Positions 1 through 12,625 of a stretch of DNA of 43,323 nt are shown piece after piece; position 1 is the first letter of the stretch; every line of letters starts with the position of its first letter. The position numbers and the translations under genes are program-made. Below the pieces are notes generated by a model, which was not told where the DNA came from, made no database searches, and was given only the letters and a program-made list of their open reading frames with translations. The stretch lies in contig CAXIUT010000099.1 of NCBI GenBank assembly GCA_964035545.1, positions 54,698 to 98,020 on the forward strand, given 5' to 3'. The stretch comes from Bugula neritina (taxonomy: Eukaryota > Animalia > Bryozoa).

Positions 1-99
1 CCCAACCCCAACCCCAACCCCAACCCCAACCCCAACCCCAACCCCAACCCCAACCCCAACCCCAACCCCAACCCCAACCCCAACCCCAACCCCAACCCC
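1..99. repeat. Left telomere, (CCCCAA)n
   Basis: Perfect C4A2 tandem repeat at the sequence start; Tetrahymena-type ciliate telomeric repeat. Confidence 0.98.
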
Positions 100-152
100 T
101 TATTCATGTATTCAATAATTATTCAAAGATATTTATATTTGAATAATATTGG

Positions 153-2101
153 ATGCAGTCTAGAAAGTAGCAATTAACTCCTAGAGATAAATAAAAAAAT
201 GACAAAGTTAAAGTTATTCTGAGAGTTCGTCCTTTCTTTAACAGCTAGGAACCTTAGTAATTTGTTTCTCAACAACCTGTACTTTTCTTATCATCTAGAA
301 TCAATCGATATCAATCAACAAACCAGGTTTTACATCTTTTATGAAATTTAGCTTTGTTCAGCATATTGCTCATAATTCTTAAATTGGATAAAGTCAAAAA
401 TAAATATTTTCTTCTGTTGAAGAGGCTGTAAAATGTGTCTTTGAAGGAATAGATTCAACTATTTTTGCTTAGTAAATATTAAGATATCTAGTGGTCAAAC
501 TGGAGCAGGAAAAACTTATACAATAATTGGAGATTGTCCTTAAAATAATGCAGATAATGACTTATACAAAAATACAATATGTAGTATTGGACGTGGAATT
601 TTACCTAGAGCTCTCTAAATAATTTTCTAAGAACATAGAAAAAAAAGAAATAGTAGGATAACTATCAGCTTTTATGAGATTTATAATGAAAAAATCTTTG
701 ATTTGCTGACTAATGGAATGAAAGCTTTATAAATCAGATAATCTAAAAGTGGATAAATAAGTATCCTTGGATTGACTAGTATCGAAGTAATCAATCTAAA
801 AGAAGCTATTAATTATCTAGCATAAGGCATAAAAGTAGTTATTTTATTATTTAGAATCGATCAACTAGCTCTACTTCAGTCAATATTAAGAGTTCTCGTT
901 CTCATTCAATTTTTCACCTTAAATATGAAAAGTTAGTTGTTAATCCCTAAACAAAATAGCATGAAGTTATTGTGGCTAATGTAAATATATATTTACAAAG
1001 CTTCGAGTTGTAGATCTGGCTGGTTCTTAAAAATTCAATATTTCTCCTGATCTTCCTCAAAGTTAAAAAGATATCAAGTTACTTTAGTTGAGATCAATAA
1101 ACGGTAGTTTGTCAAAACTTGGTCACTGTATATCAGCATTAACGATTCAATCAAGGACTCATATTCCTGTTCGAGATTCTAAATTAACAAGAATATTGAG
1201 TTAGTCTTTAATTGGTTCAGGTAAGATAAGACTTATTATTTGTGTTTCTCCATCTATATCAAGTATGTAAATTAATCAATATTTAGGAATTAGACTTCAT
1301 CTACTTTACAGTTTGCTGATAGAGTTAAAAAAGCTGTTTTTTAAAAGCCTGTAAATTCAAATACATAGAAAAAGAAATTTATTGATTATGAAGAATTTAT
1401 TTTGTTACAGTAATAATTAGAACAAGAAAAACAAAAAAGATAAGAGCTTTAAAAAGTTGTAATGAATCTTAAAATTCAACCTAATGAAATGAAACTATTA
1501 ATTTAAAATTAAAAATTAAAGGAATAACTAACTACCCTTAAAGAACAACTTAAAATTCATCATCATGATAGGTTAAATACAAGTCAGATTAAAAATAGAG
1601 ATAATAAGAAAAGTTTGTCTCCTAATTCAGTTAGCAATCCTTATACTCGATCTAGTTTTCCATACAAAGCTGGTTTTCAACAGAAAGTGACAAGTACTCT
1701 CATCTTTAAAATAGGATAATGCAGTTCAAATCAAGCAAACTCGTACACCTCCTAAACTGGCATCTCGATCATCGAAGGACTATGAAAGCAAATCTCAAAA
1801 AATGAGTTTGGATGATCCTCAATTATACATGAAGAAGAAGACAACAAAGTAGCCTTCATTCAAGAACAAAATAAAGCTGTTTATGTAGAAATCATAAATT
1901 GACTGTTAGTTGTAGGAGAAAGTCAAACAAAAATTGACAGAGATAAGTAATGATATTGTTATTCAGAGCAGGAGATATCGAATGGTAACAAAGAGTGGTT
2001 GTAGAACGATCAGGAAGAATCTTTATGGAAATGATTGGTATATTCCATTAAATGATGTGATTAATGGTTTGAGTATAGCTTCATTGTAGACAACAAGATG
2101 A
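153..2101 (+). CDS. Kinesin motor-domain protein with coiled-coil tail
   Basis: With UAR=Glu: [68 protein letters not shown]. 20-nt introns at 279-298, 472-491, 835-854, 981-1000, 1267-1286. The 3' end is uncertain: TGA at 1783-1785 unless a 28-nt intron (1687-1714) extends the frame to TGA 2099-2101. Confidence 0.92.
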
Positions 2102-2150
2102 TATCTTAATTTTGTTGTTCAGTCGGAAGCAGAAGTTATAAATATAAAAA

Positions 2151-2915
2151 TCAATGAAAATGTTTTTATGTTGCTAATTACAACTAATGAATGATATTTA
2201 GATAGTACTATTTTTACGACATCCAACTTTGCTTCCATTTCATCCATTCCAATTGATCATTATTGAATTTGCTTTCCAAATCGTTATATAAACGCATCAA
2301 TGAATTTATTTTATCTTTCAGTTGGTCGATCTTACTTAAATCTTGTCGAAGTTCATCGATCTCTATGGTCTTTTTGTGTTGATCATGGACTAACTTTTTT
2401 ATTCTTTCATCCATTTTATCGATTATTTCTTCGTACATTTTTGATTGTTTAGATATCATGTCTAATTTTAGTTTTAGCTATCTGATTTAGCCACTTTATT
2501 TCTTTATTGTTCCTCGTAAATCAGTATAATTATCAGATGATAAATTTTGATACTTTTAGCTACTACGTACACTAGAATTAACACTCTACCTTTTGAATTT
2601 TCCAAGTTATTTCCTCAAATACTAATTCTATTCTTTCAAAGTTGCATTTTCTTTGGAAATATTTTTTACTTGATTTTCTAATTTTTAATAATTATCATTG
2701 GGAACTGTTGTATTACGTACATTATTTTGTTGTTGAGGGATCTATTGTTTTCCTCTTGATATTTGATAAAAGTTTGTTGGAGACTGATTAGCTCCAATAC
2801 TCATCGTTAGTGATAAATTCTTGGTTGATTGGGCGTGGGTTAGAGTATTTTTGGGACTTTAAGGACGCAGGTTAGAATATGTTTGTTTGTAAAGAGGCTG
2901 GCGACCAGGAATCAT
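2151..2915 (-). CDS. Hypothetical coiled-coil protein (254 aa)
   Basis: Continuous ATG-to-TGA frame under UAR=Glu; includes the ORF-track fragment 2214-2459; heptad-rich C-terminal half. Confidence 0.75.
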
Positions 2916-3003
2916 TCAAGATAAAACTAAAAATATAATTAAACGAAGAAAAATAAAAATATATCGAAAAGAGGATTTTATTAATTTTATTAAGGCATAA
3001 ATT

Positions 3004-3525
3004 TCATCTAAATTTAACAATATGATAGAAATCCATGGGTGTTATTTTTCCATCTTAGCTAGCGCTATAAAATGCTTCTTTGATTTCATCTTCTGCTTGA
3101 TCTCTTTTTTATTTAGGCAGTTTTTGATAGCTCTAGCTCATTCTATATACTTATAAAAATTAATTCACATCTATAGATCCTGTTTTATTTGGATCTAAAA
3201 TACCAAATGCCTAATTTATTTTTTAAATTACATCAGCTAATTAGTTTTTTTATGCCATAGCGAGGTCAATATCTGGATTTAAAAAGATTTTGTAAAATTA
3301 TTATTGAGATATTGTTGCCTTAGTTATTTTCTATAGACTTCTAGATAAATGTCTAAAGTATTAAGGATACTGTGTATCTACATGATGATATATTAAAAGA
3401 GATAAAAGAGTAGACTTTTCGATGACAGGTTCTTTGCTTTTATCAACTGTATTAAATAAAGGTATACTAACTATCGAGTTGAATAATTCTAAAAGTTATG
3501 TTTGAATTGCTGATGAGTTATTCAT
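3004..3525 (-). CDS. EF-hand calcium-binding protein
   Basis: Canonical EF loop DPNKTGSIDVNE with the position-12 Glu encoded by TAA; probable in-frame 21-nt intron at 3211-3231. Confidence 0.75.
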
Positions 3526-3714
3526 GTTTAATATTATTATGAATACAAATAGTTTATGGATTTGAATTATTCTGGATAATATCTGAGTAAATATATTTAA
3601 GAATAAATAGAACTAAATTTATCCATATCTCATAAAAATAGGTTAATTTAAAAATATAAGTTGATTAAAGCAGATTATTCTCTTAATAATATTTTATCTA
3701 GTGAATATTAAATA

Positions 3715-4297
3715 ATGGTAAAAATTCTCCTTTTACTATCTCTAATTTTGTTCATTTCCTGCAGAGACTTCCCTCTTTATAATCAATGCGATCCAAGATG
3801 GGCAAACTAAAAATATGCTAACACTGTCAATACTATTTGCAAGTCAGGTGATATCATTTCAGCAGTATCAATGGCTCTTTCAGGTACTGGTCATACCATG
3901 AACCCTTCAACTTTGAATGCTTGGCTTAAAAAGAACAAAGGTTTTGATTCAAAGAATCAATATGTTTGGTCATCGATAAATTCACTAGGATTAACTTATG
4001 AAGGGAATGGTATCAAATACAATAATGAAAATGAATTTAGATGTAGGTTATGTAGTTATAATCAATGTTGATAAAGGTGCTCATTGGGTGTTAGCTACAG
4101 GATATTCTGGAAATACTATTAATGTTAAAGATTCTCTTCATACAACTACTACTAAATATGATATTAGTCAAATTGTTTCTGGTCATAATGCAGTTTACAA
4201 AGTTCCTACTGCCTTACCAAGATCTTTTGCGAATAAAAGAGATGAAATTGCTAAAATATCAGGGAGTCATCTATCATCATTATTGGTTGAATATTGA
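3715..4297 (+). CDS. Secreted peptidase C39-like (papain-fold) protein, catalytic Cys replaced, frame disrupted
   Basis: Signal peptide MVKILLLLSLILFISC; YNQCDPRW, SGDIISAVSMAL (GC becomes GD), NPSTLNAWL, HWVLATGY, VKDS. Needs a +1 frame change near 4000-4040 (31-nt intron 4010-4040 or an indel). Confidence 0.65.
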
Positions 4298-4333
4298 TTT
4301 CTATGATTTATTTGATATAATAAGGTGATCTAA

Positions 4334-4945
4334 TCATCCACTGTATAATTAAGAGAGGTCTTTCATTTTTTTAAGAAGAGTAGGATCACTTTCATTATCC
4401 CATTGTTGGAGTTCGATTCTTTCTTGCATCTTTTCAAGAGTCTCACGGAGCATTCTAGCGAATTCAATGGACATATCTTCCATCTTTTGTTTAAGGTCTG
4501 TAAGTTACTTTTATTTTTGTTTGAGTTTATCTTCATAGTCAGCTTTAGTGTTCTTTAAAGTTTATTTACTACGTTCTAACTAATACAATTTGTACTGATT
4601 TAACTTTCTTTATCTTCAAGTTATTTTCTTTTTTAGTCGACTTTTTGTTTCAATTATTGTTAGCTGGTTTCATACTGGTCTGTCATTTTGTTTCTAAGTA
4701 TTAAATCTTTTACGATATTTATAGTAGTTTATCCTTTTCTTTTTTGAATTCTTAATCGAGTTAGACAATCTATTTTTTCATATTTCTTTATTAAGTTTTT
4801 GAACGATCACATCGTTATTGTTCCCATACTATTTAAGTCTCTAAAGCTTGGACTTTATTGGTAAGAAATTCAACTTTTTAGGCATTGTCTTCTGCTCCAG
4901 GTTCTAGATATGATAGTTATTACATGCTTTCTTCTTTGGACCCAT
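4334..4945 (-). CDS. DRC12: Dynein regulatory complex protein DRC12/CCDC153-like coiled coil
   Basis: MGPKKK N-terminus, MTDQY, KMEDMSIEFARMLRETLEKMQERIE; three 20-nt introns (4576-4595, 4694-4713, 4904-4923) give an intact 183-aa frame. Confidence 0.75.
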
Positions 4946-4990
4946 TATTTATATTATTACAAGTTACAAAATACAATTTTATTAATATCA

Positions 4991-6081
4991 TCAAACTATA
5001 TCAAAGTCAATTTATTCCTCTTCTTTTTGTAATTAATTAGATTAAATATATAATTTAGATTCTTCTTTCTTTTGTTGACTGATTTAAATTGAATTCATTG
5101 ATTTTTGGTAAATATTCAAGCATTTATTGCCACAAAATAATCTTTTTTCCAGAATTAAATTATTTGAATCCATTTTTTTCAAACAATTCCAACAATATTT
5201 ATAATCAGGAAATTCAGATGAACTTTAATTTTTAATCATACAATTAATGCCAATTTCCTTTTATTTTATTGATTTTTTTGGTGAATCATCTTCATTCTTA
5301 TCTGTTTTAATATTTTCAAATAAACTTTTGGATATCATTTATTTTGGATATATTTTAACATTTTTATGTTATTTTTCCATTTATTATACTTAATTTGACC
5401 AATGAACTTGCTTTTTATTTTTATTTTCATTATTTTTGAAACTACTTGATCTTTGTTTTGGTTTTAATGTCTGCATAATCGATTACATCATTTTCTATTG
5501 TTATTCTTACTGAAGTTCTTCATGGTATTATTAGTCTTATTAAATATCTTTACATCTATTAATAGGTACAAACTTATTCTATTTTTTTCTATTATTTATG
5601 ATATCTTCTATGTTTTAAAGGGATTTTTTTTAATCTTTTTCTTAAAATTGATTTTGATTTTTTTAGATATATTTTCTCAATTTAATCCTGAATCCAACAG
5701 GTATATCTTTCCATTAATCAATATCTTCAATATGAATCGATAGTAATTGTTCAAGATTATCAATTTTTTTTTATTTTAGCCTTGGAAATATGTTTTGAAT
5801 CTTAAGTTGTGTTAAAACTTTAAGCAGAGAATTATTTTAGTGAAATGATTATTCAGTTGTACTCATTTTTGAATGTGGAGATCCATTTTGATTTTGTTTA
5901 TTTGAGTAGATAGAATTGGATGTTTTGTTCATGTTTTTTTATTGTTTTTTCAATTTGATTTGTTCTTTTAGACCTTCTAATTTATCTTTCTTAGTTAATA
6001 CAAGAGTACTAATTTTTAGGATTATCCTTCAAGTATCTTATGATCACTGTTTTTACCGCTCAGTCTTTTGTTTTTCATCAT
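4991..6081 (-). CDS. SAM-domain protein with C-terminal CxxC...FCxxxC (MYM/FCS-type) zinc finger
   Basis: SAM-like VLTQLKIQNIFPRLKEKKIDNLEQLLSIHIEDIDEWKDIPVGFRIKL; C-terminal YCWNC...LFCGNKC; 20-nt intron 5990-6009. Confidence 0.65.
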
Positions 6082-6159
6082 TTTTATTATTTAAATCAAG
6101 ACTCAAAATTATATTATGATTCAAATATGATAGATATCATTTCATTGTTTCAAACTATT

Positions 6160-6603
6160 TCAAAGTGATTTGGTTGTGAATTTTATATTGTTTTTTTTGT
6201 AAAGTTATTGAGCTTGTTAGTATGCCTATATACTATTAAAAATGACTCTTTTTTAATCTATTTAACGTACAAAAATCTTCAAAGACTTAATTGGTTCATA
6301 AATAGCTTGATATCCTGGACTATCGACAAATTTTATTTCTAGCTTGTCTAAAAAATTATTTGGCTTTGCAATAATTGGGTTCTTTTCTTCTTTATATTTA
6401 TCATGTTTCCATTTATATTCTTACTTATCGTGATCTTTGTGAATCTTCTTTTTAAGTACTCCTAATTTTTTTAATTTTTATTATTCATCACTCGATAGGT
6501 CACTAGCAGGATCCTATTTCCTTTATCTTTTCTTCACTTCCTTTTATTTTTGTCTTTTAACATCTGAAAGTGCTTTGAGAAAGGCTTTATTTGTTGCTTT
6601 CAT
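6160..6603 (-). CDS. Small basic protein with a Btz-like WxHDKY motif
   Basis: 147-aa frame; YKWKHDKYKEE resembles the CASC3/Barentsz WxHD motif (weak). Confidence 0.5.
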
Positions 6604-6953
6604 CCAATTTTATTCAACTTGTAAATTATAATTAACTAAAGAAAGGAACATAATTGCACTCTTATTAATTTTAAAATAAATAAAATTCATCTATAAATAT
6701 CAAAAATAATTTTAAATCAAATGATGAGTTTTAAAGAATAAATTGTTATTTTAAAAAGATAAAACTACACTTATTAATCTTTTATATTAAATCAGTTGAA
6801 GATGTTTAGCAATAATATATTTTTATTTAATAAAAAAAGATTGTCTAAAAGGAAAATGTATATCAAAAATATCACAAATAATGATAAAAAGTAGATTTTT
6901 AACTTTTCACTTACTTTTTTGTTTAAAAGAATCCCCCAGATTATAATAATCAG

Positions 6954-7939
6954 ATGATTGAAAGCCTTCTGAACCAAAGCAATTCAGTGACTAGTACAAT
7001 GGGATAATGTCCTCTTGAACTTGATAATGTTGGGTAGTATACTATCCACAATAAATTAATTTTGAGTGGACAGGCACTGTACATAACTAAATATTTAGAG
7101 TCTATTTAGCAAGTAAATAGGGAAAGACTTATGTTCTCAAAATATACAAAGCTACTCCAAAGAACATAAGAGCCTATTTAACTTAAGTGCAGATGTTGAA
7201 AAAATTATAGCATAAAGGGTTTATATCTATGGTGGATAATATCGAAGATGCTAGCATTTGCTGTAATCATGATATTCTGCAATCTCACATCCCTTGTAGT
7301 GTTATTGTTATGCCTTATATGGAAAATGGAGATTTGTTACGTTGGATTTCAACAAAGCATACTTTCTAAGAAAAAGCAGCAAGGTACTTTATTAGACAAA
7401 TTATATCCCGATTTAGATATTCATTATCGAAAAATATTTTTCATAGAGATATTAAACCATAAAATGTCCTTATTGATTCCAATTATAATCCTCTTATTAT
7501 CGATTTTGGATTAGCTACTGATTCAACTGTTTCAAGTCATGGTTTTGTTGGAAGTTCAAGATATGCTGCTCCAGAAGTTATCAAAGAAAAGGAGTATACT
7601 TCTAAGTGTTAAATATATAGCCTTGGAATACTGTTTTTTTTCTTATTGACAGGAAAACACCCATATAAAGAGGCTAAAATAACATAGGTGGGGTATCGAT
7701 TGATGGTAGAAAGAAAATATAGTCAATTTTGGATTAATTTTTAAAATAAAACTAAAATATTGCTTTCTGACTCTTTCAAACAATTGTTTGTGAGAATGGT
7801 GACTCCAGATCCTGTGAAAAGACCATCAATTGATGATCTTTTAGATTTTTAGTGGTTTCAAAATAAGACCTTAAGTTAAATTGAATTTTAAAGTTATATG
7901 GAGGGATCATTGTAAGAATAGTCATTTTAAAAAATATGA
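6954..7939 (+). CDS. Ser/Thr protein kinase (CAMK-like)
   Basis: YVLK, HRDIKPEN (E=TAA), DFG, YAAPE, IYSLG, DPVKRP; 20-nt intron 7079-7098. Confidence 0.92.
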
Positions 7940-7991
7940 TATATTTATTTTTCAGAAACTCTAATAATAAATATTAATATTGAAACTTCTA

Positions 7992-9076
7992 ATGATCTTC
8001 GAGCAGAATGAAGGCACTCTGAATGCATGGAAAACGGAAATGCATATGTACTAAAAGAATAAAAGAACTAAAAAGCCTTTTGGAAAGACAACTTCATAGA
8101 TGGAGCATGTAACTCATGAAAAGATGAAAGCAAAGGAATGTCTATTCAATCCAGTTCTTCAAACATTTGCTAAAAAAGACGATTAAATAGGAGCAAGCCA
8201 AAGTGCATAGCAAAAAAGGGCAAAATCTCTTATGAATCATCTGGTACATCATCAATCATATAGAAACAAACTGTTAAGTATGAAAAAAATTTTGATATTG
8301 TGACTCTGCAGTCAAATGATCCTTTTGTTCCAAAACCTGATAATAGAAAGCTTGGACCAATCCGAAACGCTTATAATGTGATCAATAATCAGAAAATGCC
8401 TTAGTTTTATTTCTAAAAAAGATAGATGAGACTTCCAGTTGAAAGAACAAAAAAATTACTTGAACACCATCATCGAGATTTCGACATTGTGAAGAATACT
8501 TTTAAAGAAGACAACTAAAAAAAATTAAAAGAAGAAATTGATAAAGATAATAAATAAATTTATGGAAAATATTCTAAAACTCATAATTACGATCGAGTTT
8601 TTGGCAAATTTTATGATGATAAAAAAGAAGAGTAATATCAAAAGCATAGAATAGCTGATGAAAAATAACACGGAAAAAATGTTTAAGAAAAACTACCTCC
8701 TTCTTATGTTTATAGAGAACCTTTAATTATTGACTATTCAAAACCTTTGCCTTAAACTTTGAAAATACTTGATTAGAGAAGTAATTACTAAAAAAGAAGG
8801 TTTCAAACGAAATATGTGGTTCTAGATGAGTATGCCAAAAGAAACTAATAATAAGAAGAAAAAACAAACCAAATTTTAAAAAATCATGTGCATTTCGGAA
8901 GAGTTCTTGAGGAAAAATATAAATAATTTGATATTGTTACAAATAAACAACATAAACCAACTCGAGCTGAAGACCTTTATGGTAAAAAATTAAATGTCCA
9001 TAGTTGGGAGCAATTAGAAAAAGAGGCATCTAAGGAAACATCGAAGATGGCTTTCAAAAGTGGAGGCTTCTCATGA
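7992..9076 (+). CDS. Hypothetical protein (354 aa), possibly ciliary, with repeated FNPV/FDIV/YNVI motifs
   Basis: Intact frame after removing 20-nt intron 8244-8263; recurring [FY][DN][IPV][IV] motifs. Confidence 0.65.
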
Positions 9077-9189
9077 ACATATGGTTATTATTAATCATAA
9101 TCTATTATTTCATATCCATTAATTTTGTATTAAATAGATAGGAATAAGATTTGAAATTCAGACTAAAGTGAGCCTGACATAATTAATTG

Positions 9190-10068
9190 ATGAAGAAAAG
9201 AGGACCAAAAAAGAACAGATCTTCCCTAAGTCGTCCAAGTTTTGGAGGAAATAGCAGTACCTCATTTATTCCAGGTCAAGATTCTTTCTCTTTTTCTGAG
9301 ATTCCTCGAGCAGTTGATGACAGTCATTCATGTAATTTTTTTCACAACAATCTTCCAAGAAGAACTACCTTTTTCTAGCCTGCTGAAAGTGAGGCAGAGT
9401 ATGCTCAAATCTATCCTCCAAGTGTTAAGAAGACACTAAACTAACATAATATTGGATAAGAAAACAATGAAAAAATTTGGAACTTTCTAACGAAATACAA
9501 TAATGCTAGTCCTGATGATACAAGTGAAGATGGTTCAAGTCTTAAATTTAACTCCAGAAATACAGAGGGAAATAGTCAGAATATTTTATCATCACTGGGT
9601 GAATAAGATTAAACTCCTATTCATACAACAGAACATAATATTTCTCCTCATGATATTTCTCCAGATGATATTTCAAAAGTAACTCAAGAAAGAAAAGTAG
9701 CCTAGCTTAGTTTCATGAATCTAAATATTACTCCAAAAATATAAAAACTAAAAGCTTACAATTAAGTTATCCAGTACACTCTTAAGCCTGAATTTCCTCA
9801 TTTATTAGAAAATAAAAATACACTATCAACTACTCAAAGACAAAGATTCATAAATAAAGGAAAAAATATCCCAAAACCGCTTCATTTATTGAGAATTTAA
9901 GAAGAAGACGAAGCACACAAAAGAAGAAAACTTGTCTATAAGGAATTCAACCACTTTGAAGATGAACAGAGGATAACAAGAATGACTCCATTGCGATACT
10001 GGCTTGGTGAGAAAATTTCTTATAAGGGTTTGAAAGCTAAAGGAAAATGGATCATTTAAGATAAATGA
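9190..10068 (+). CDS. Low-complexity protein with C-terminal CENP-C-like motif
   Basis: 292-aa intronless frame, S/P-rich; RITRMTPLRYWLGEKISY at 9970-10023 fits RxRxxPLxYWxGExxxY. Confidence 0.6.
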
Positions 10069-10138
10069 TCTTTGATTGATGACTCTAATCATAATATGTA
10101 ACCATAGTTTATAATTGGATTGATAAAAAAGCGGGAGA

Positions 10139-11940
10139 ATGATATTTGGAAAATATAACAAACATTCTCAATCCGAGTTCTCATAGTCAACAAGCAATAT
10201 CAAGCAAAAGTTGAATAGTTTCCGACAAACAATTCGTAAGTAAGAAAAAGAAAAGTAAAAAAGAAAATTGAGATAAAAATTATTTGAGGCGATGAGTGAA
10301 GATCACATTACTCTTCGAGATATTAATTTAAATGATTTACGAGATCAGTTTGATAAGATAGATGAAAGAAACTTTTCATCTTAGATAGATCATTTGGATT
10401 ATATCATCCAGAAATTTTATATTTATTCTGCTTCTGATAGTTCAGATCACTTCTTCTAACTAATGGACAATTATGTCCTGGATAAGCTATTGAGGATGGC
10501 AAATTGGGATAATGTGAGTTTATTTTAGGAAAAGCCTAGATGTTATATACGAATTCTTGCTATTTTGGCTAACTATACCAAGTATACTCGATTTATTCCT
10601 GTTTAATATCTGAATTAAATGCACTAAACATTATCACAAATCTTAAATATCTAAGATTTTTATTAAGATAGACATGTATTGTTATTTTTTACTCACTCTC
10701 AAATCAAACAAATGATCGAAATTATTTTCATGGGCTTGAGCTACATAGATCTGGATTAGGAACAATATTGTGATATCTTTATGAGATATAATAATAGTTT
10801 TTAGACGATAGCTTGTAAAGTAATGATTTATTTATTTAGGAAGCAATTCGAGTGTCAAATTATTTGAAAAAACATAATTTAAATGATAATGCTAAATAGA
10901 TTTATATTCTAGCAAAAATTATTGCAGTTTTGACAAATATTCTTACTTTTAAACCCCAAAATCAATAATAGAAAATTAAGACAATTTCAATCAATTCAAA
11001 TATTGTTAATATTCTTTTGGAAATGTTGACTTTAATTAATTTTTATTCTGCAATATAGATGGAGGTGGCTGTTTCTTTAATGCAATATTTTTACATTCAT
11101 TTAAAACAGAGTCCTTAAATCATACTAAGAAATAATTTAAAACCTATTTTTTAGTGTTTTGAGAAAAATTGTAATAAATATGCAGATATTCAAGATAAAA
11201 TAGTGAACTATGGTAAGTTGCTTGATATTGAAGGATAAAAAAAATAATCTATTTAAACATTAATTATATACTGTGATGGAATATAAAAAATAACTATCAA
11301 ATGGCTTGATATATTACATGCTCTTTTTGGACTTAATATTCCTGAAGAAAATTAATCGTCTTATTATGATTTCTACTTGTAGGGACTGAAATAGTATGTT
11401 ATACCATCATTTTCTCAGATTTTATCAATAAATACTTCTGTCACTAATAACTTAATTAAAAGAATATTAAATATTGTTAAAGATCTTTGTGTTTAAGAAG
11501 TATTTGTTGAGTTACTAGTCGATGAATTACCTATTCTATCTAAATTATTCTACTATGTCAAAACATAGTATCCAGAAACTACCATAAAGAAAAGATCTTT
11601 ACATAGTTTGGCTAATATGGTCATGATTTCTTTTGAAAGTGTTTCATGGTTAAGGTAACATGTTCTTGATTTAATGAATAATAATGATATGATAGAAATA
11701 TTTGCTCAAACCATTACAGACTATGCTGATTAATAGTTAAATATTGATATGCTGAAAGCATTACATTTATATCTGTCTAGTGATGTTAATGAGAGTCGAG
11801 AAGATAACCATTTGTGGAAGATTTTTTGTCGATAAGGTGGAATTAGTAGGCTAGAAAAGCTGATTTCTGGTGGCTATAGTTCTACAAAAGAAATTTAGTT
11901 GATAGCTGGACAAATATTAAATGATTTTAGTGTTGATTGA
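10139..11940 (+). CDS. Divergent importin-alpha-like ARM-repeat protein
   Basis: N-terminal IBB-like FRQTIRKEEKEKEKRKLR, helical ARM-like body, C-terminal GGISRLEKL...EIELIAGQILNDF; 20-nt intron 10820-10839. Confidence 0.6.
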
Positions 11941-12010
11941 TAGTGAATATATATTTTTTTAATTCGATATCATTTTCAATAATTAAAATTAGGATATAAA
12001 GAGATAAAGA

Positions 12011-12585
12011 ATGAACAAAAAGGCCCTGCAAAATTTAAAAAGTGTGTTTAAGAAAATAGAGAATCTAGGAAGAGACACTTTATTTCTTTCAAACCTTCTA
12101 AAAAAATATCCAAAAGAATAAATTGATTCAGTTATTGAAAAAGTATATCAGTCATATGTTAATGCTGCTTAATTTTCTAATCAAGAACTAAAAGAAGAAA
12201 TTATTAACACTTTAAAAGGATTCACAAAGAACTTTAGTACAAAATATAAGAAATAAGTGGTTATTATTATTTTATTTAGAAGAATTTATCTAGTTTTCAA
12301 CAGGAAGTAATAGCTTAGATTGAAATAAGGTAAAATATCTAAAAGCAACGCAATAAAGATAAAAGTAGTAAACTTTCTTATGAAGATAAATAGGAGTGCT
12401 AAAATAAATATTATCAAACTAAAATGAATCTTGATAATGATAAAGGAATCAGCTAAAAATAAATCTGTAAAGTTGCAATGAAAAACGAATAGGAAAAGTC
12501 TTCAATATTAAGAAGAGTTAAGAAAGAAGGAAAAATGATCACAAAAGAAAGAAACTGCAAACACAATAAAAGTTATAAAGAATGA
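12011..12585 (+). CDS. Hypothetical basic protein (184 aa)
   Basis: Intact frame after 20-nt intron 12260-12279; no recognised motif. Confidence 0.55.
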
Positions 12586-12625
12586 TTACTATTGACTCAA
12601 TCTATATTATTATTAACAACAATCG

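Noticed and set aside
10066-10287. Readthrough of the CENP-C-like TGA into a downstream cupin domain
   Set aside because: The same frame closes again near 10287 with no cupin-like sequence and overlaps the importin-alpha-like gene starting at 10139 in another frame
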